From the NCBI GenBank assembly GCA_963708025.1, contig CAVPSB010000002.1, positions 64,001-128,000 of the forward strand: a stretch of DNA of 64,000 bases. Reading direction: 5' to 3'. The stretch comes from an uncultured Candidatus Rokubacteria bacterium. Lineage in GTDB: Bacteria; Methylomirabilota; Methylomirabilia; Rokubacteriales; DASRDR01. Under the pieces are notes generated by a model that searched no databases, was not told where the DNA came from, and worked only from the letters and a program-made list of their open reading frames with translations. The translations under genes and the position numbers were made by a program. This document shows, one piece after another, positions 50,601-59,710 of this stretch; the stretch's first letter is position 1; each line of letters starts with the position of its first letter.

Positions 50601-52024
50601 GTGTGGAGGCCCAGGCAGACGGCGGGACGTTCGGGGTTCGCTCGCCGCGCCCGCTCACCGAACCTCTGGATCGCCATCGCCGCGTGCGCGGTGCGCCGCG
50701 CGGTGTCCTCCAGGGGCTCGAGACCGAAGGCGGCCACCAGCCCGTTCGGGCTCAGCTCCTCCACGCGCCCGCCGAAGGTCTGCACCTTCTCGACCAGGAC
50801 CTCGAGCGCCCGGGTCGCGTCGGTCGCCGGATCGCGGCCCGATGGCGTGCCGAGGGCCGCCCGCAGGAACGTCAGGCGCCGTCGCGTCCAGCGCAGGCTC
50901 GGGAGCGTGGCCGGCGCCGTGGGGGCTGCCGCGGTCGCGGCCGGCGCCGCCTGGGAGGCGGGGGCGGCGGGGCTCGCCGGTGCGGGCTGGCGCCCCCCGC
51001 TCGGCCGGGGTGACTCCGAGGAGAGACGGTGCTTCGCGATGCGGTACCGGACGGTGTTGCGGGGCAGGCCGAGCCGGGCGGCCGCGCGCGAGATGTTCCA
51101 GTCCGTGTCGTGAAGCGCATCCAGCAGCTCGTCCCGCTCCCGCTCGAGACGCGCCACGGCGTCATCGGCGCCCCCGCCCGCCTCGGCGCGGGGGTGCCCC
51201 GCGCTCCCGGCGCTCCGGGCCGCCGGCAGACCCAGCAGATCGGCGGTCACCAGGGGCGCCTCGGCCAGGAGCGCCACCCGCTCCATCACGTTGGCCAGCT
51301 CCCGGATGTTGCCCGGCCACGGATAGGCGAGAAGCGCCTCGCGGGCGTCGGGGGCCAGGCCCTTGGGGGACAGCCCGTAGTCCGTGCAGGCGCGGCTCAG
51401 GAAGTGCTCGGCGAGCAGCAGGGTGTCCGGGCCCCGCTCCCTGAGCGGTGGGAGGGCAACGGTGAGGACCGCGAGCCGGTGGTACAGGTCCTCGCGAAAG
51501 CGCCCCTGGCGCGTGCTCGTGGCCAGGTCTTCGTTGGTCGCGGTGACGATCCAGACGTCAACCGGCTCGCTCCTCGTGCTACCGAGCCGCCGCACCGTGC
51601 GCTCCTCGATGACCGTGAGGAGCTTGCTCTGCAGGCCTTCGGGCAAGAGGCCGATCTCGTCGAGGAAGAGCATGCCGTGATGCGCGGTCTGGAAGAGCCC
51701 GGGCTTGGCCTGGCGGGCGTCGGTGAAGGCGCCCCGCTCGAAGCCGAACAGCTCCGCCTCGAGGAGCGTCTCCGGGATCGCCGCACAGTTGACGTCGACG
51801 AACGGCCCGGTCCGGCGGGGCCCGATCCGGTGGAGCAGCCGAACGAGGAGGCCCTTGCCCGTCCCGGTCTCACCCTGGATGAGGATCGGTGGCAGGCGTC
51901 CCGCGCTCCCCTGGCGGTGTACCAGCCGCGTGACGGTATCCCGGACGGCCCGGACTCCGGGGCTGTCGCCGAGGAGCTCGGCGAGGGGGGAGGGCGCTTC
52001 CGCATGCGGCCTGACCGACTCCAT
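47675..52024 (-). CDS. Sigma-54 enhancer-binding AAA+/Fis-HTH fused to degenerate cyclase-like, STAND (AAA_16) ATPase, TPR repeats and a C-terminal DRR/ERR domain
   Basis: GETGTGKG, ELFG.E.GAFTDA, LFLDEIG, FREDLYHRL, WPGNIREL, NISRAAARLG..RNT; then FVGR..EL, GETGIGKSRL, LEDIHWID, GNPFFLEEL; helical repeats. Confidence 0.9.
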   Translation of the reverse strand: MESVRPHAEAPSPLAELLGDSPGVRAVRDTVTRLVHRQGSAGRLPPILIQGETGTGKGLLVRLLHRIGPRRTGPFVDVNCAAIPETLLEAELFGFERGAFTDARQAKPGLFQTAHHGMLFLDEIGLLPEGLQSKLLTVIEERTVRRLGSTRSEPVDVWIVTATNEDLATSTRQGRFREDLYHRLAVLTVALPPLRERGPDTLLLAEHFLSRACTDYGLSPKGLAPDAREALLAYPWPGNIRELANVMERVALLAEAPLVTADLLGLPAARSAGSAGHPRAEAGGGADDAVARLERERDELLDALHDTDWNISRAAARLGLPRNTVRYRIAKHRLSSESPRPSGGRQPAPASPAAPASQAAPAATAAAPTAPATLPSLRWTRRRLTFLRAALGTPSGRDPATDATRALEVLVEKVQTFGGRVEELSPNGLVAAFGLEPLEDTARRTAHAAMAIQRFGERARRANPERPAVCLGLHTAEVSVGHAGGVAEIDADARREAWATLDALTRDTPPDTIAVSAAAAPFLTRRFELVPLDMPPTAGPAYRLVGLERTAFGQRMAAFVGRRDELTLLQSRLATAQRGHGQIVGIGGETGIGKSRLLFELRQQLASEPVTYLEGHCFSYGTTIPYLPIIEMLRQNCRIGESDGPEVIAEKVRAGVRAVGMDADAAAPYLLHLLGVKEGTERLAELAPEAVPSRTFQVMWQLSLEGSRRRPLILALEDIHWIDRASEAYLDSLVESLAGAAILLVLTYRPGSRPRWLEKSYATQISLQPLAPEESFAVVRSVVPAGAVPDDLARRLVEKAEGNPFFLEELVRTVGAQGEPGPDELVPDTIQEVLVTRIDRLPEVPRQLVQTVAVLGREVPRRLLAAVWEGPGDLEPALRELMRLEFLYDRPVGDEPVYVFRHALTRDVARESLPVARRQAVHAAAGRALEGFYADRLEEAYERLAYHYAKAKQADKAVEYLGRFADKAARRHAHVEAVAALREALEHADRLPPGTREASRLDLVLRLAHCLSFLGRFPETRDLLLGEQVQLERGEALPALVGPYHFWLAHTFSYLGEYERAAQHAHQALDAAGRHHDEATMGRAYLVLAQAASWGGQPILGIARGRRAADLLAAAGERWWLGLAHWIVGINYITIGAFDLALEAEARALAVGEALGDRRIESYATWTTGWIQALTGNWAVAIEACRRALGQSPDPLNTAIVLGHLGYVYLGKGEVADAVTLLDEAVAKMRQFGFRQLEGRFATFLGEAYLVRGQVEAARELASEGMRLSAEASYSYGLGWARHAMGRIALASGDLAAADTYLTDALETFTRTYARFLVAWTRLSLAGLAHARNDRTGVARQLREAYAAFRMLRIPHYVAETERLARELAVSLDDEAIPPGLAIVRRGEAELFATLQEHLEALNLRQVIWDRRREERRDRVDPGAPDRRRDERRRQTPPTWDAQGFLVAP

Positions 52025-52122
52025 CCTGCCCGTCGGTATCTTACTCCGGCTCGGCCCCTTCCCGCTGTCGAATCCGCCGAAAATTCCGTCACCACCACCA
52101 GTCGGACCGAATTGATAATGTC

Positions 52123-52167
52123 TAAGTGATTGAATTCACGGGACTTGGCGATGGCATTACAGTTGCC
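52123..52167 (+). promoter_or_regulatory. Sigma-54 (-24/-12) promoter with upstream IHF-like site
   Basis: TGGCATTACAGTTGC (52152-52166; GG-N10-GC); minus-strand ATTCAATCACTTA (52123-52135) is 1 mismatch from WATCAANNNNTTR; AT-rich patch. Confidence 0.75.
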
Positions 52168-52197
52168 CTTATTCCGGCCATGAGATGGGAGGACCCG

Positions 52198-52374
52198 ATG
52201 GGCGGGCCATGGAAGGTGCGAGATTTCGATCCCAGAAGGTGGCAGCGCCCGGTCCCCCGGGTCGAGCAGGTGGTCACCGCCCCGGTGGCGCACGAAGCCG
52301 CCATCGCCCTCGCCTGGCTGGTCACGGTTGTGGCGGCGGCGGGGGTCCTCATGGTCCTGGCGAGCGGCTGGTAG
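52198..52374 (+). CDS. Small protein with C-terminal TM helix
   Basis: GGAGG 5 nt before ATG; AAIALAWLVTVVAAAGVLMVLA. Confidence 0.55.
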   Translation: MGGPWKVRDFDPRRWQRPVPRVEQVVTAPVAHEAAIALAWLVTVVAAAGVLMVLASGW

Positions 52375-52400
52375 GGCAGGAAGAGAGTCGGAGGAGGCAC

Positions 52401-52943
52401 ATGTCCACGATGTCAGGCTCGCGCTGGTCGACGGTCCCGTGCGTAGTCGCCCTCGTCGTCATCGTCGTTGCGTTCCGTCTGGCCGACGTCGGGCCGGGTG
52501 CCGCGGCGGGCGCCGTATCCGCGGTGACCGTCGAGGCGCCGTGGGAGACGTCAGTCCGCTCCCTCGATGCGGCACTCCAGCGGGGCGACGCCAGCGCCGC
52601 GAACCTGGCCTGGCATGAAGGGTACACGGCGGCGCGCGCCAGCGGCCGCTGGGAGGGGTTCGTGGCGATGGGCGACGCGGTCCGGCGGATCGCCGACACG
52701 GCCGGATCCCGCTCGATCGGAGAGGCGCGGGCGCGCAGCCTGTACCTGACCGCGCTCTTCCGCGCACGGCAGCAGGGCGCCCTGGCCGGGGTCCTGCGCA
52801 CGGCCGAGGCCTTCGCCGGCCTGGGCGACCGCGAGGTGGTGGAACAGTGCCTCACCGTCGCCCGGGCCCTCGCCGCCCAGACCGGCGACGGGGAAGCCGC
52901 GGGACGCATCGGGGTTCTGACCGCGCAGCTGGCTGCGAAGTGA
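52401..52943 (+). CDS. Hypothetical exported/membrane-anchored helical (TPR-like) protein
   Basis: GGAGGAGG RBS; N-terminal hydrophobic segment; alanine-rich helical body. Confidence 0.75.
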   Translation: MSTMSGSRWSTVPCVVALVVIVVAFRLADVGPGAAAGAVSAVTVEAPWETSVRSLDAALQRGDASAANLAWHEGYTAARASGRWEGFVAMGDAVRRIADTAGSRSIGEARARSLYLTALFRARQQGALAGVLRTAEAFAGLGDREVVEQCLTVARALAAQTGDGEAAGRIGVLTAQLAAK

Positions 52944-52954
52944 GGAGGCCGATC

Positions 52955-53188
52955 ATGAGCGACCCGGTCACCGAGCGCGCGCACTACCTGGCCGTGGGAG
53001 TTGACGGGAGCGGGGACCTGTTCCTGATCCAGGAGGGCCGCGTGGAGCACCTCGGCCTCCTGCGGCTCGCCTGGCGGCGACCGCGGACCGAGCCCCCGGG
53101 GGACACCGGGCCGCCGCCGGAAGATCGGCCGCCTGGCGGCCTCCGCCGGCTGATCGCCACCGCCATCGCCCTCGCCCTCACGATCTGA
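52955..53188 (+). CDS. Small hypothetical protein with hydrophobic C-terminus
   Basis: GAGGAGG RBS; HYLAVGVDGSGDLFLIQEG..LIATAIALALTI. Confidence 0.6.
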   Translation: MSDPVTERAHYLAVGVDGSGDLFLIQEGRVEHLGLLRLAWRRPRTEPPGDTGPPPEDRPPGGLRRLIATAIALALTI

Positions 53189-53409
53189 CCGCCGTCCGCG
53201 GGCGCCCGACGCGGGCCTCCCGCGCGTACTCCCGGGGCCATCGGCGGCTCGACCTCTCCCGAGACGCAGCGACCGCGCTCAACACGGTAGTCCAGCCCCG
53301 CGGCGGCGAGCTTCGGCTCGAAGGCCGGCCCGATCACGAAGGCGATGAAAGGATCGGCCCTCGCCGGCGCCGCGCTCCGCGCGGCGAGACCGCGGTCGTG
53401 AAGTCGGCC

Positions 53410-53438
53410 TTGCCGCTCCTGCCGCGCTGGTCTATGCT
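53410..53438 (+). promoter_or_regulatory. Sigma-70-type promoter
   Basis: TTGCCG-17-TATGCT. Confidence 0.5.
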
Positions 53439-53474
53439 GCCGGTCGGCCCCGAAGGGGCGAGAGGAGGATCTCG

Positions 53475-54500
53475 ATGGCATCTGGATCGTACACGGTGGC
53501 GGTGCTCGGACCGCTGCTCGACGGGGACGCCGCCGCCGAGCGCGAGCGGCTCGCGAAGGTGGGGGCCAGCGTGGTGATGGCGCGAGGGGGGAGCGAGGAC
53601 CAGATCATCGCCACGTGCGCCGAGGCGGACGTGGTGATGGCCTTCGGCGGCTTCCCGTTCACCGACCGCGTCTTCGCCGGCCTGCCCCGGCTCCGCTTCC
53701 TGCAGCAGTGCTCGGTCGGCTACGACCGGGTGGACGTCGAGGCCGCGACCCGCCACGGCGTGATCGTCGCCAACAGCCCGCGCTTCTGCCTCGAGGAGGT
53801 GTCCGATCACGCGGCCATGCTGATCCTGGCCTGCGCCCGGAAGCTCCCGCAGCAGGTCCACGCGGCCGCCCGCCACGGCTGGGACCGGCCGGCCGCCCTC
53901 GCCCAGATGGGGTCGGTCTTCCGGGTCAAGGGGCAGACCCTCGGCTTCGTGGCGTTCGGCAAGATCGCGCGGCTCACCGCCGAGAAGCTCCGCGGCTTCG
54001 GGATGAAGTACGTGGCGTTCGATCCGTACCTGTCGGCGGCCGACGCGCGGCCGTGGGACGTCGAGCTGGTCTCGCTGGACGAGCTGTGCCGGCGTGCCGA
54101 CTTCGTCTCGATGCACGCCTTGCTCAACGCCTCCACGCGGCATCTCCTGGGCGAGGCTCAGTTCCGCGCGATGAAGCCGACCGCCTACTTCGTGAACACC
54201 TCGCGCGGCGCGACCGTGGACGAGGCGGCGCTCCTCCGCGCGCTGCGCGAGGGCTGGATCGCCGGGGCGGCGCTCGACGTGATGGAGACCGAGCCGCCGG
54301 CCCCGGACAACGCCCTGCTCGGGCTGCCGAACGTGCTGCTCACGCCGCACACCGCGGGCTACAGCCTGGATTCCCTTGCGCAGAACCGGCGCGAGACCAT
54401 CGACGAGGTGCTGCGGGTGCTGAGCGGCGAGTGGCCGACCGCGCTGGTGAATCCCGCGGTGAAGCCGCGAGCGCGCGGCCGGACTCCCGCGCCCGCCTGA
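53475..54500 (+). CDS. D-2-hydroxyacid dehydrogenase (CtBP/SerA-like)
   Basis: VGYDRVD, EEVSDH, FGKIA, VNTSRG, AALDV.E.EP, TPHTA. Confidence 0.9.
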   Translation: MASGSYTVAVLGPLLDGDAAAERERLAKVGASVVMARGGSEDQIIATCAEADVVMAFGGFPFTDRVFAGLPRLRFLQQCSVGYDRVDVEAATRHGVIVANSPRFCLEEVSDHAAMLILACARKLPQQVHAAARHGWDRPAALAQMGSVFRVKGQTLGFVAFGKIARLTAEKLRGFGMKYVAFDPYLSAADARPWDVELVSLDELCRRADFVSMHALLNASTRHLLGEAQFRAMKPTAYFVNTSRGATVDEAALLRALREGWIAGAALDVMETEPPAPDNALLGLPNVLLTPHTAGYSLDSLAQNRRETIDEVLRVLSGEWPTALVNPAVKPRARGRTPAPA

Positions 54501-54586
54501 GACCTTCCGGGGGGGTCTCGCCGCGCCGGGCCCGGCTCGAATTTCCCCGGGACCGATCGCGCCGTGCGTAGTACGCTGCGGACTGC

Positions 54587-55954
54587 ATGAGCCCGCGGCG
54601 CGTCTCCGGCCTGCTCGTGGCGGCGCTCGCGGTCTCGCTACTCGGCGCCGCCCACACGGCCGCCCAGGTCGAGGGGCCCTTCGAGCCCGCCGAGCTGGGT
54701 CCCTACGACCCGCTCCAGGGCATGGAGCCGAGCGGCCGGATTCCGAGAGTGCCCCTTCCCGTCGAGCTGCCCAACCCGCAGCGCTGGCGCTACATTCCCG
54801 AGGGCCGGATCAAGCCGGGGAACGTCTTCGAGCGGTTCCTGGTGACGAGCTTCGTCGCCCCCCAGTTCTTCTTCGAGCAGGCGGTGGGCGCCGGAGGTGG
54901 AATCGCGCTCACCGACATCGACTTCCGCGATCAGCGCCGGCGGGAGTTCCTGGGGGCCTTTCTCAGCTACACCACCGAGGGCCAGCAGAAGTACCGCCTG
55001 ATCTGGCGGCGGTGGCTCCATCACGAGGAGCTGCCGGGGGGCGGGGTCATCCTGGAGGAGCGGAGCTTCGTCAACGTCGCCGGCGGCTACCAGAAGACGC
55101 TGACCCGACGCTTTTTCGGCCTGGGTCCGGACACCCCGCCGTCGGCCGAGTCGAGCTACACCGACGAGGTGGCGGACCTCGCGGTGCGCGGTGATTTCTC
55201 GCTGCCGCATCCGGGGAGCGACTGGGTGCTGACTGTGGGGCTGCGCGGGGAGCACCACAACCTGGCACCCGGGCGTGTCTCGGGGGTGCCGACCACCAAC
55301 CAGGCGTTTCCCGTTCTGTTCGCCGACGGGGACGGCCGCGACAGCGTGACGGTGAGCGCCGGGCTCCGGTACGACACGCGCGACAGCCAGCACCAGCCGT
55401 ATGGCGGCTGGCGGGTCGGCCTCGGGGTGGACGCGCCGGTCTGGCAGAGCACGGGGAGCCCGGGCGCGGTCTACGGGCTCTACGCCAGCACGTCGTTCCG
55501 GCTGCCGCCGCTCTTCCACTCGGGCGGGGATCCGAGCGAGGAGAACCCGCCGACCGACAGCCTGGCCCTGGGCGCCTTCGTGCAGGACAGCGTCGGGGAT
55601 CTGGCCTTCTACGACCGGCCGTCGCTCGGCGGCACCCACACGCTGCGGGGGTACATCACGAACCGGTTCACCGACAATGCGGCGTGGCACGCCAGCGCCG
55701 AGTACCGCTTCTGGGTGGTGCCGCGTGGCTTCGCGGTGACGCCGACCATCCGGGTCGAGCGCATCGGCCTTGCTCTCTTCGGCGACGTGGGCACCGTCGC
55801 CGACAGCCTCGGGGACCTGCCGAGCGCCCGCATCCACACGAGCTATGGCATCGGGCTCCGCGTGAGCCTCGAGCGCACCGCGCTCTTCCGCGCCGACTTC
55901 GGCTTCTCGGGCGAGGGCCTCAACTTCACGCTCGCCTTCGGCCTGAGCTTCTGA
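54587..55954 (+). CDS. BamA/TamA (Omp85)-type outer-membrane beta-barrel
   Basis: Signal peptide, YDTRD, LGG..TLRGY..NRF, EYRF, GIGLR, C-terminal Phe. Confidence 0.8.
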   Translation: MSPRRVSGLLVAALAVSLLGAAHTAAQVEGPFEPAELGPYDPLQGMEPSGRIPRVPLPVELPNPQRWRYIPEGRIKPGNVFERFLVTSFVAPQFFFEQAVGAGGGIALTDIDFRDQRRREFLGAFLSYTTEGQQKYRLIWRRWLHHEELPGGGVILEERSFVNVAGGYQKTLTRRFFGLGPDTPPSAESSYTDEVADLAVRGDFSLPHPGSDWVLTVGLRGEHHNLAPGRVSGVPTTNQAFPVLFADGDGRDSVTVSAGLRYDTRDSQHQPYGGWRVGLGVDAPVWQSTGSPGAVYGLYASTSFRLPPLFHSGGDPSEENPPTDSLALGAFVQDSVGDLAFYDRPSLGGTHTLRGYITNRFTDNAAWHASAEYRFWVVPRGFAVTPTIRVERIGLALFGDVGTVADSLGDLPSARIHTSYGIGLRVSLERTALFRADFGFSGEGLNFTLAFGLSF

Positions 55955-56106
55955 TCGCCGCGGGTCGCGCCGGCGCGACCGTCGGGCCCGGTCACGCGGC
56001 TCCCGGGCCGGAGGGTTCGGGCCGCAGGAGCCGCCGGCACGCCGACCACGACGTCGAACCCCGACCGACACTCCTTGACGTAGTTTGTCAAGCCGCCGGG
56101 GGCGCG

Positions 56107-56934
56107 TCAGGGTGCGAGGGCTCGGGCCGCCGCGTGGATGCGGGTGGGGTCGTACGGGGGCTCGATCAGGAGGATGAGCCGGTCCACGCCGAGTCGCTCG
56201 AGGGCGGCGCGCGACGGTGAGTCTCGGCGCAGCCACGGGTCCCGCAGGCCGGCGAACACCGACACCGAGAAGCGCGCGGTGTCCCGCCCGGCGGCGGCGT
56301 GGGCCTCCCGGGCGACCCCGATCAGCTCGGCGAGCTTCGGGTGACCGGCCTGCGTGTTGAAGCCGTCGGCGACGCGGCCCGCGATCCCCGCCATGCGCGG
56401 GCCGAAGCCGCCCACGATGACCGGCGGCGGGGGATCGGCGCGCAGGTAGCCCGAGGGGCGCTCGAGCCGGTAGTGCGTCCCGTCGAAGCTCGTCCCGTCG
56501 CCCCGCCAGAGCCGCCGCATGACCTCGATCGCCTCCGCCACCCGGGCGGCGCGGACCGCGTCGGCCTCCACGGCCAGGCCGAGGGCCTCCTGCTCCACTG
56601 GGTACGGCGTGCGCCGGTTGCCGCCGGCGCCGAGACCCAGGAGGAGCCGGCCGCCGGAGACCTGCTGGAGCGTCGCCGCCATGTTGGCCAGGATGCCGGG
56701 ATGGCGGATGTTGACGTTGAGCACGAGGGGGCCGAGGGTGATGCGCCGGGTCACCTCGGCCAGCGCGGCCAGCGTCGTCCAGACCTCGGGCACGCCGACC
56801 GGGGAGCCGGCCGGGTCCCGCAGGTGGTCCCACGTCCAGAGGCCGTCGAAGCCGGCCTCCTCGACAGCCGTCGCGGCCGCCCGCATCTCGGCGTAGCGCG
56901 CGCCCATCGGGATCAAGAGGACGTCGGTCTTCAT
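56107..56934 (-). CDS. LLM-class flavin-dependent oxidoreductase
   Basis: GFDGLWTWDH, LAEVT.RI.LG, SGGRL.LGLGAG. Confidence 0.87.
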   Translation of the reverse strand: MKTDVLLIPMGARYAEMRAAATAVEEAGFDGLWTWDHLRDPAGSPVGVPEVWTTLAALAEVTRRITLGPLVLNVNIRHPGILANMAATLQQVSGGRLLLGLGAGGNRRTPYPVEQEALGLAVEADAVRAARVAEAIEVMRRLWRGDGTSFDGTHYRLERPSGYLRADPPPPVIVGGFGPRMAGIAGRVADGFNTQAGHPKLAELIGVAREAHAAAGRDTARFSVSVFAGLRDPWLRRDSPSRAALERLGVDRLILLIEPPYDPTRIHAAARALAP

Positions 56935-57045
56935 CGGGACCTCCCGCCTACCCCGATCCTTCGACGGCCTTCGGCCTTTGGCCCCCTCCCCCATCGATCG
57001 GACGGCCTTCGGCCTCTGGCGGGGGGGAGGGGGGAGTCGGAGGCC
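56935..57045 (-). repeat. Family-1 repeat copy 10
   Basis: Minus strand: cctccgactccccctccccccc..aggccgaaggccgtc x2..ggggtaggcgggaggtcccg-ATG. Confidence 0.8.
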
Positions 57046-57313
57046 AGTGAGCGCTCGAAGGCCCGGTGTCGGGGGTTCGCTCCACGACCAGCGTGACCTC
57101 GTCGTCCAGCGGCCGGCCGCGGTTACCGGGGCGCACGGTCCAGCCGGGATGCTGGCGGATCACGTCCACCGCGGCCTGGACGAGCCGCGGCAGGAGCCGG
57201 TCGTGAAACTCGCGGAGCCAGACGTAGCCGTCCTCCTCCCCCTCGTACTGCTCGGGGAACTCGCAGCGGAGATCCAGCCGCAGCGTGAAGTCCCGCTCCT
57301 CGACGTAGCGCAT
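56948..57313 (-). CDS. Hypothetical protein whose C-terminus runs into repeat copy 10
   Basis: AAGGAG RBS; MRYVEERDFTLRLDLRCEFPEQYEGEEDGY..NRGRP..EV. Confidence 0.7.
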   Translation of the reverse strand: MRYVEERDFTLRLDLRCEFPEQYEGEEDGYVWLREFHDRLLPRLVQAAVDVIRQHPGWTVRPGNRGRPLDDEVTLVVERTPDTGPSSAHWPPTPPSPPPEAEGRPIDGGGGQRPKAVEGSG

Positions 57314-57442
57314 GTCGGCTCCTTGCCCTCCCGGGCCTGGTCTGGGCCCCATGATACGTCGCCGCCGGGGCGGCTTGCGCGCGCCCGCCCGCCGGAGCCA
57401 GAATGGCGGGCGAGCCGCCTGGCGCCGAGAGGAGGACGCCGC

Positions 57443-58534
57443 ATGCACGTCGGCATGGCCACCATCTTCCAGAGTCCCGGCCGGGAGCGTCCGGACGCCG
57501 ACATCTACCGGGAGGAGCTGCGTCTGGCCGACCTCGCCGAGCCCCTGGGCTTCGAGTCGATCTGGGGCGTCGAGCACCACTTCACCGACTACACGATGTG
57601 TCCCGACGTGCTGCAGTTCCTGGCGTACATGGCGGGGCGGACCGAGCGGATCGGGCTCGGCTCGATGGTGGTCGTGCTGCCCTGGCACGACCCGATGCGG
57701 GTGGCCGAGGAAGTCGCGATGCTCGACGCCCTGTCCGGCGGCCGGGTGATCCTCGGGCTCGGGCGGGGCGCCGGGAAAGTCGAGTTCGACGGCTTCCGCC
57801 AGCCCATGGAGGAGTCACGGCCGCGCTTCGTGGAGGCGGCCGAGATGCTCCTCCGCGGGCTCGAGCAGGGCTACTGCGAGTATTCGGGCGCGTTCGTCCG
57901 GCAGCCGCGGGCGGCGATCCGGCCGGCGCCCTTCCGGTCGTTCCGCGGGCGCACCTACGCGGCGGCGGTCTCCCCCGAGTCGGCCCGTATCATGGCCGAG
58001 CTGGGCGTCGGGATCCTCATCATCCCCCAGAAGCCGTGGCCGGAGGTCGCCCGGGAGCTGGATGCCTATCGCACGGTCTACCGGGAGGTGAACCGGGCCG
58101 AGGCGCCGCCCCCGATCGCGGCCGGCTGGACGTTCTGCGACCGGAGCCCGGACCGCGCCCGCGAGCTGGCGGCCCGGTACATCGGCGGGTACTTCCAGTC
58201 CGTCCTCGACCACTACAACTTCGCGGGCGACCACCTCGGCAAGACCCGGGGCTACGAGTACTACGGCAAGATCGCCGACAAGATCGCGACCTACGGGGAG
58301 GCCAGCGTCACCGACTTCTTCCTGAGCCTGCAGGTTTGGGGCACGCCCGAGCAGTGCTACGAGCGGATTCTGGACACCCGGCGGCGCATCGGCAACGATA
58401 CCTTCGTCGGCGTCTTCAGCTACGGGGGTATGCCGGCGGCCGACGCGGAGCGGAGCCAGCGCCTGTTCGCCGCGGAGGTACTCCCCGCGCTCCAGGCCCT
58501 CGACCGGGCGCCGGTGCCCGCCGCGACGGCTTGA
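57443..58534 (+). CDS. LLM-class flavin-dependent oxidoreductase (luciferase-like)
   Basis: GFESIW.VEHHF, LPWHDP.RVAEE..MLD.LS.GR..LG.GRG. Confidence 0.9.
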   Translation: MHVGMATIFQSPGRERPDADIYREELRLADLAEPLGFESIWGVEHHFTDYTMCPDVLQFLAYMAGRTERIGLGSMVVVLPWHDPMRVAEEVAMLDALSGGRVILGLGRGAGKVEFDGFRQPMEESRPRFVEAAEMLLRGLEQGYCEYSGAFVRQPRAAIRPAPFRSFRGRTYAAAVSPESARIMAELGVGILIIPQKPWPEVARELDAYRTVYREVNRAEAPPPIAAGWTFCDRSPDRARELAARYIGGYFQSVLDHYNFAGDHLGKTRGYEYYGKIADKIATYGEASVTDFFLSLQVWGTPEQCYERILDTRRRIGNDTFVGVFSYGGMPAADAERSQRLFAAEVLPALQALDRAPVPAATA

Positions 58535-58566
58535 GACAGAGCCGGCTGGCGAGAGCCGGTCGCGGA

Positions 58567-59424
58567 TCAGGCGAGCCGCATCAGTCGGAGGGCGACCCGC
58601 GCGAGCAGGCCGTCCGGTCGGCCCAGGGTCTCCAGCATCTCGAAGTGGTTCAGATCGGGCCCCACGATCAGCCCGGCCGCCAGGCCTTTCGCGCGGAGGG
58701 CCGCGGTGAACTCGGCCGCCTGGCGCTTGAACTCGGGGCTCTCGCGCTCGCCGTGGGCGACCGCGATCGGGCAGCGGATGCGGTCGACGTGGCGTTGGGG
58801 CGAGAGCAGATCCTCCTCCTCCCGTGTCACCTGGACGTAGGCGCTGCGCGCGCTCAGGAGGGGGCCCCGGAGGTCGTACATCCCCCCGACGCAGAGGCCG
58901 GCCTGGATCGGTCGCTCGGGCAGACCCAGCGCGCTCCAGTCGGTGCTGAGGGCGACCGCGGCCAGGTGCGCGCCGGAGCTGTGACCGCAGAGGTAGAGGC
59001 GCTCCGGGTCACCGCCGAAGCTCCGGGCGTTGGCGTACACCCAGGCGATCGCTCGCCGGACCTGGGCGGCCATCTCCGGGAGCCGGGCGTCCGGGATGCT
59101 CGCGAAGCCGAGGGCCACGTAGTGGGCCCCGGCGCCGACGAGCGTTTCGGCCGGGAACGAGTAGTCGTCCTTGTGCCCGCCGCGCCAGGCGCCCCCGTGG
59201 ACGAAGACGAGGACGGGCGCGCTCCCGGCCGCCGCCGGGAACACGTCGAGCGTCTCGGCCTCGGTCGGACCATAGCGGAGATCGGCCTGGCGCCGCCGGC
59301 GGGTCCGGACTGCCGCGCTCGCGGTCGCGTAGCGCTGGATCACCTCGGCCGCGTTGGGCGCCCAGACCCGCTGGTCGTACGCTCGGTCGAGCTCGTCCTG
59401 GGTGTAGTCGAGGAAGACGTTCAC
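58567..59424 (-). CDS. Alpha/beta hydrolase (arylformamidase-like)
   Basis: HGGAW, GHSSGAHL, E..EF.RQ, NHF. Confidence 0.85.
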   Translation of the reverse strand: MNVFLDYTQDELDRAYDQRVWAPNAAEVIQRYATASAAVRTRRRRQADLRYGPTEAETLDVFPAAAGSAPVLVFVHGGAWRGGHKDDYSFPAETLVGAGAHYVALGFASIPDARLPEMAAQVRRAIAWVYANARSFGGDPERLYLCGHSSGAHLAAVALSTDWSALGLPERPIQAGLCVGGMYDLRGPLLSARSAYVQVTREEEDLLSPQRHVDRIRCPIAVAHGERESPEFKRQAAEFTAALRAKGLAAGLIVGPDLNHFEMLETLGRPDGLLARVALRLMRLA

Positions 59425-59435
59425 GCGGTGGCCGA

Positions 59436-59692
59436 AGTCTAGCGGGCAGGGCCGATGAGCGTCGGGTCGTCGATCTCGGTCGTGACGCGCTCGGCCTACG
59501 GCCTCGCGTCCGTCCCGACCTATGGTCGTCCTCGGTCGTCGCCGATCCTCGGCGTACTCGGAGTACGCCTGCGGTCGGCGACTCCCTGCGTCGATTGGAC
59601 GGCCTTCGGCCTGTGGGCGCTGCTCGCTCCTCGACCCTGCCCCGAGGAACTGGTCTCGTCTGCGGTCACTTTGGCGCTTCAAGGAGTCTAGC
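59436..59692 (-). repeat. Family-2 structured repeat, copy C, flanked by 8-bp direct repeat AGTCTAGC
   Basis: Core nearly identical to copy A; AGTCTAGC at 59436-59443 and 59685-59692. Confidence 0.82.
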
Positions 59693-59710
59693 ACGCCGCC
59701 CGGAGGCCCC

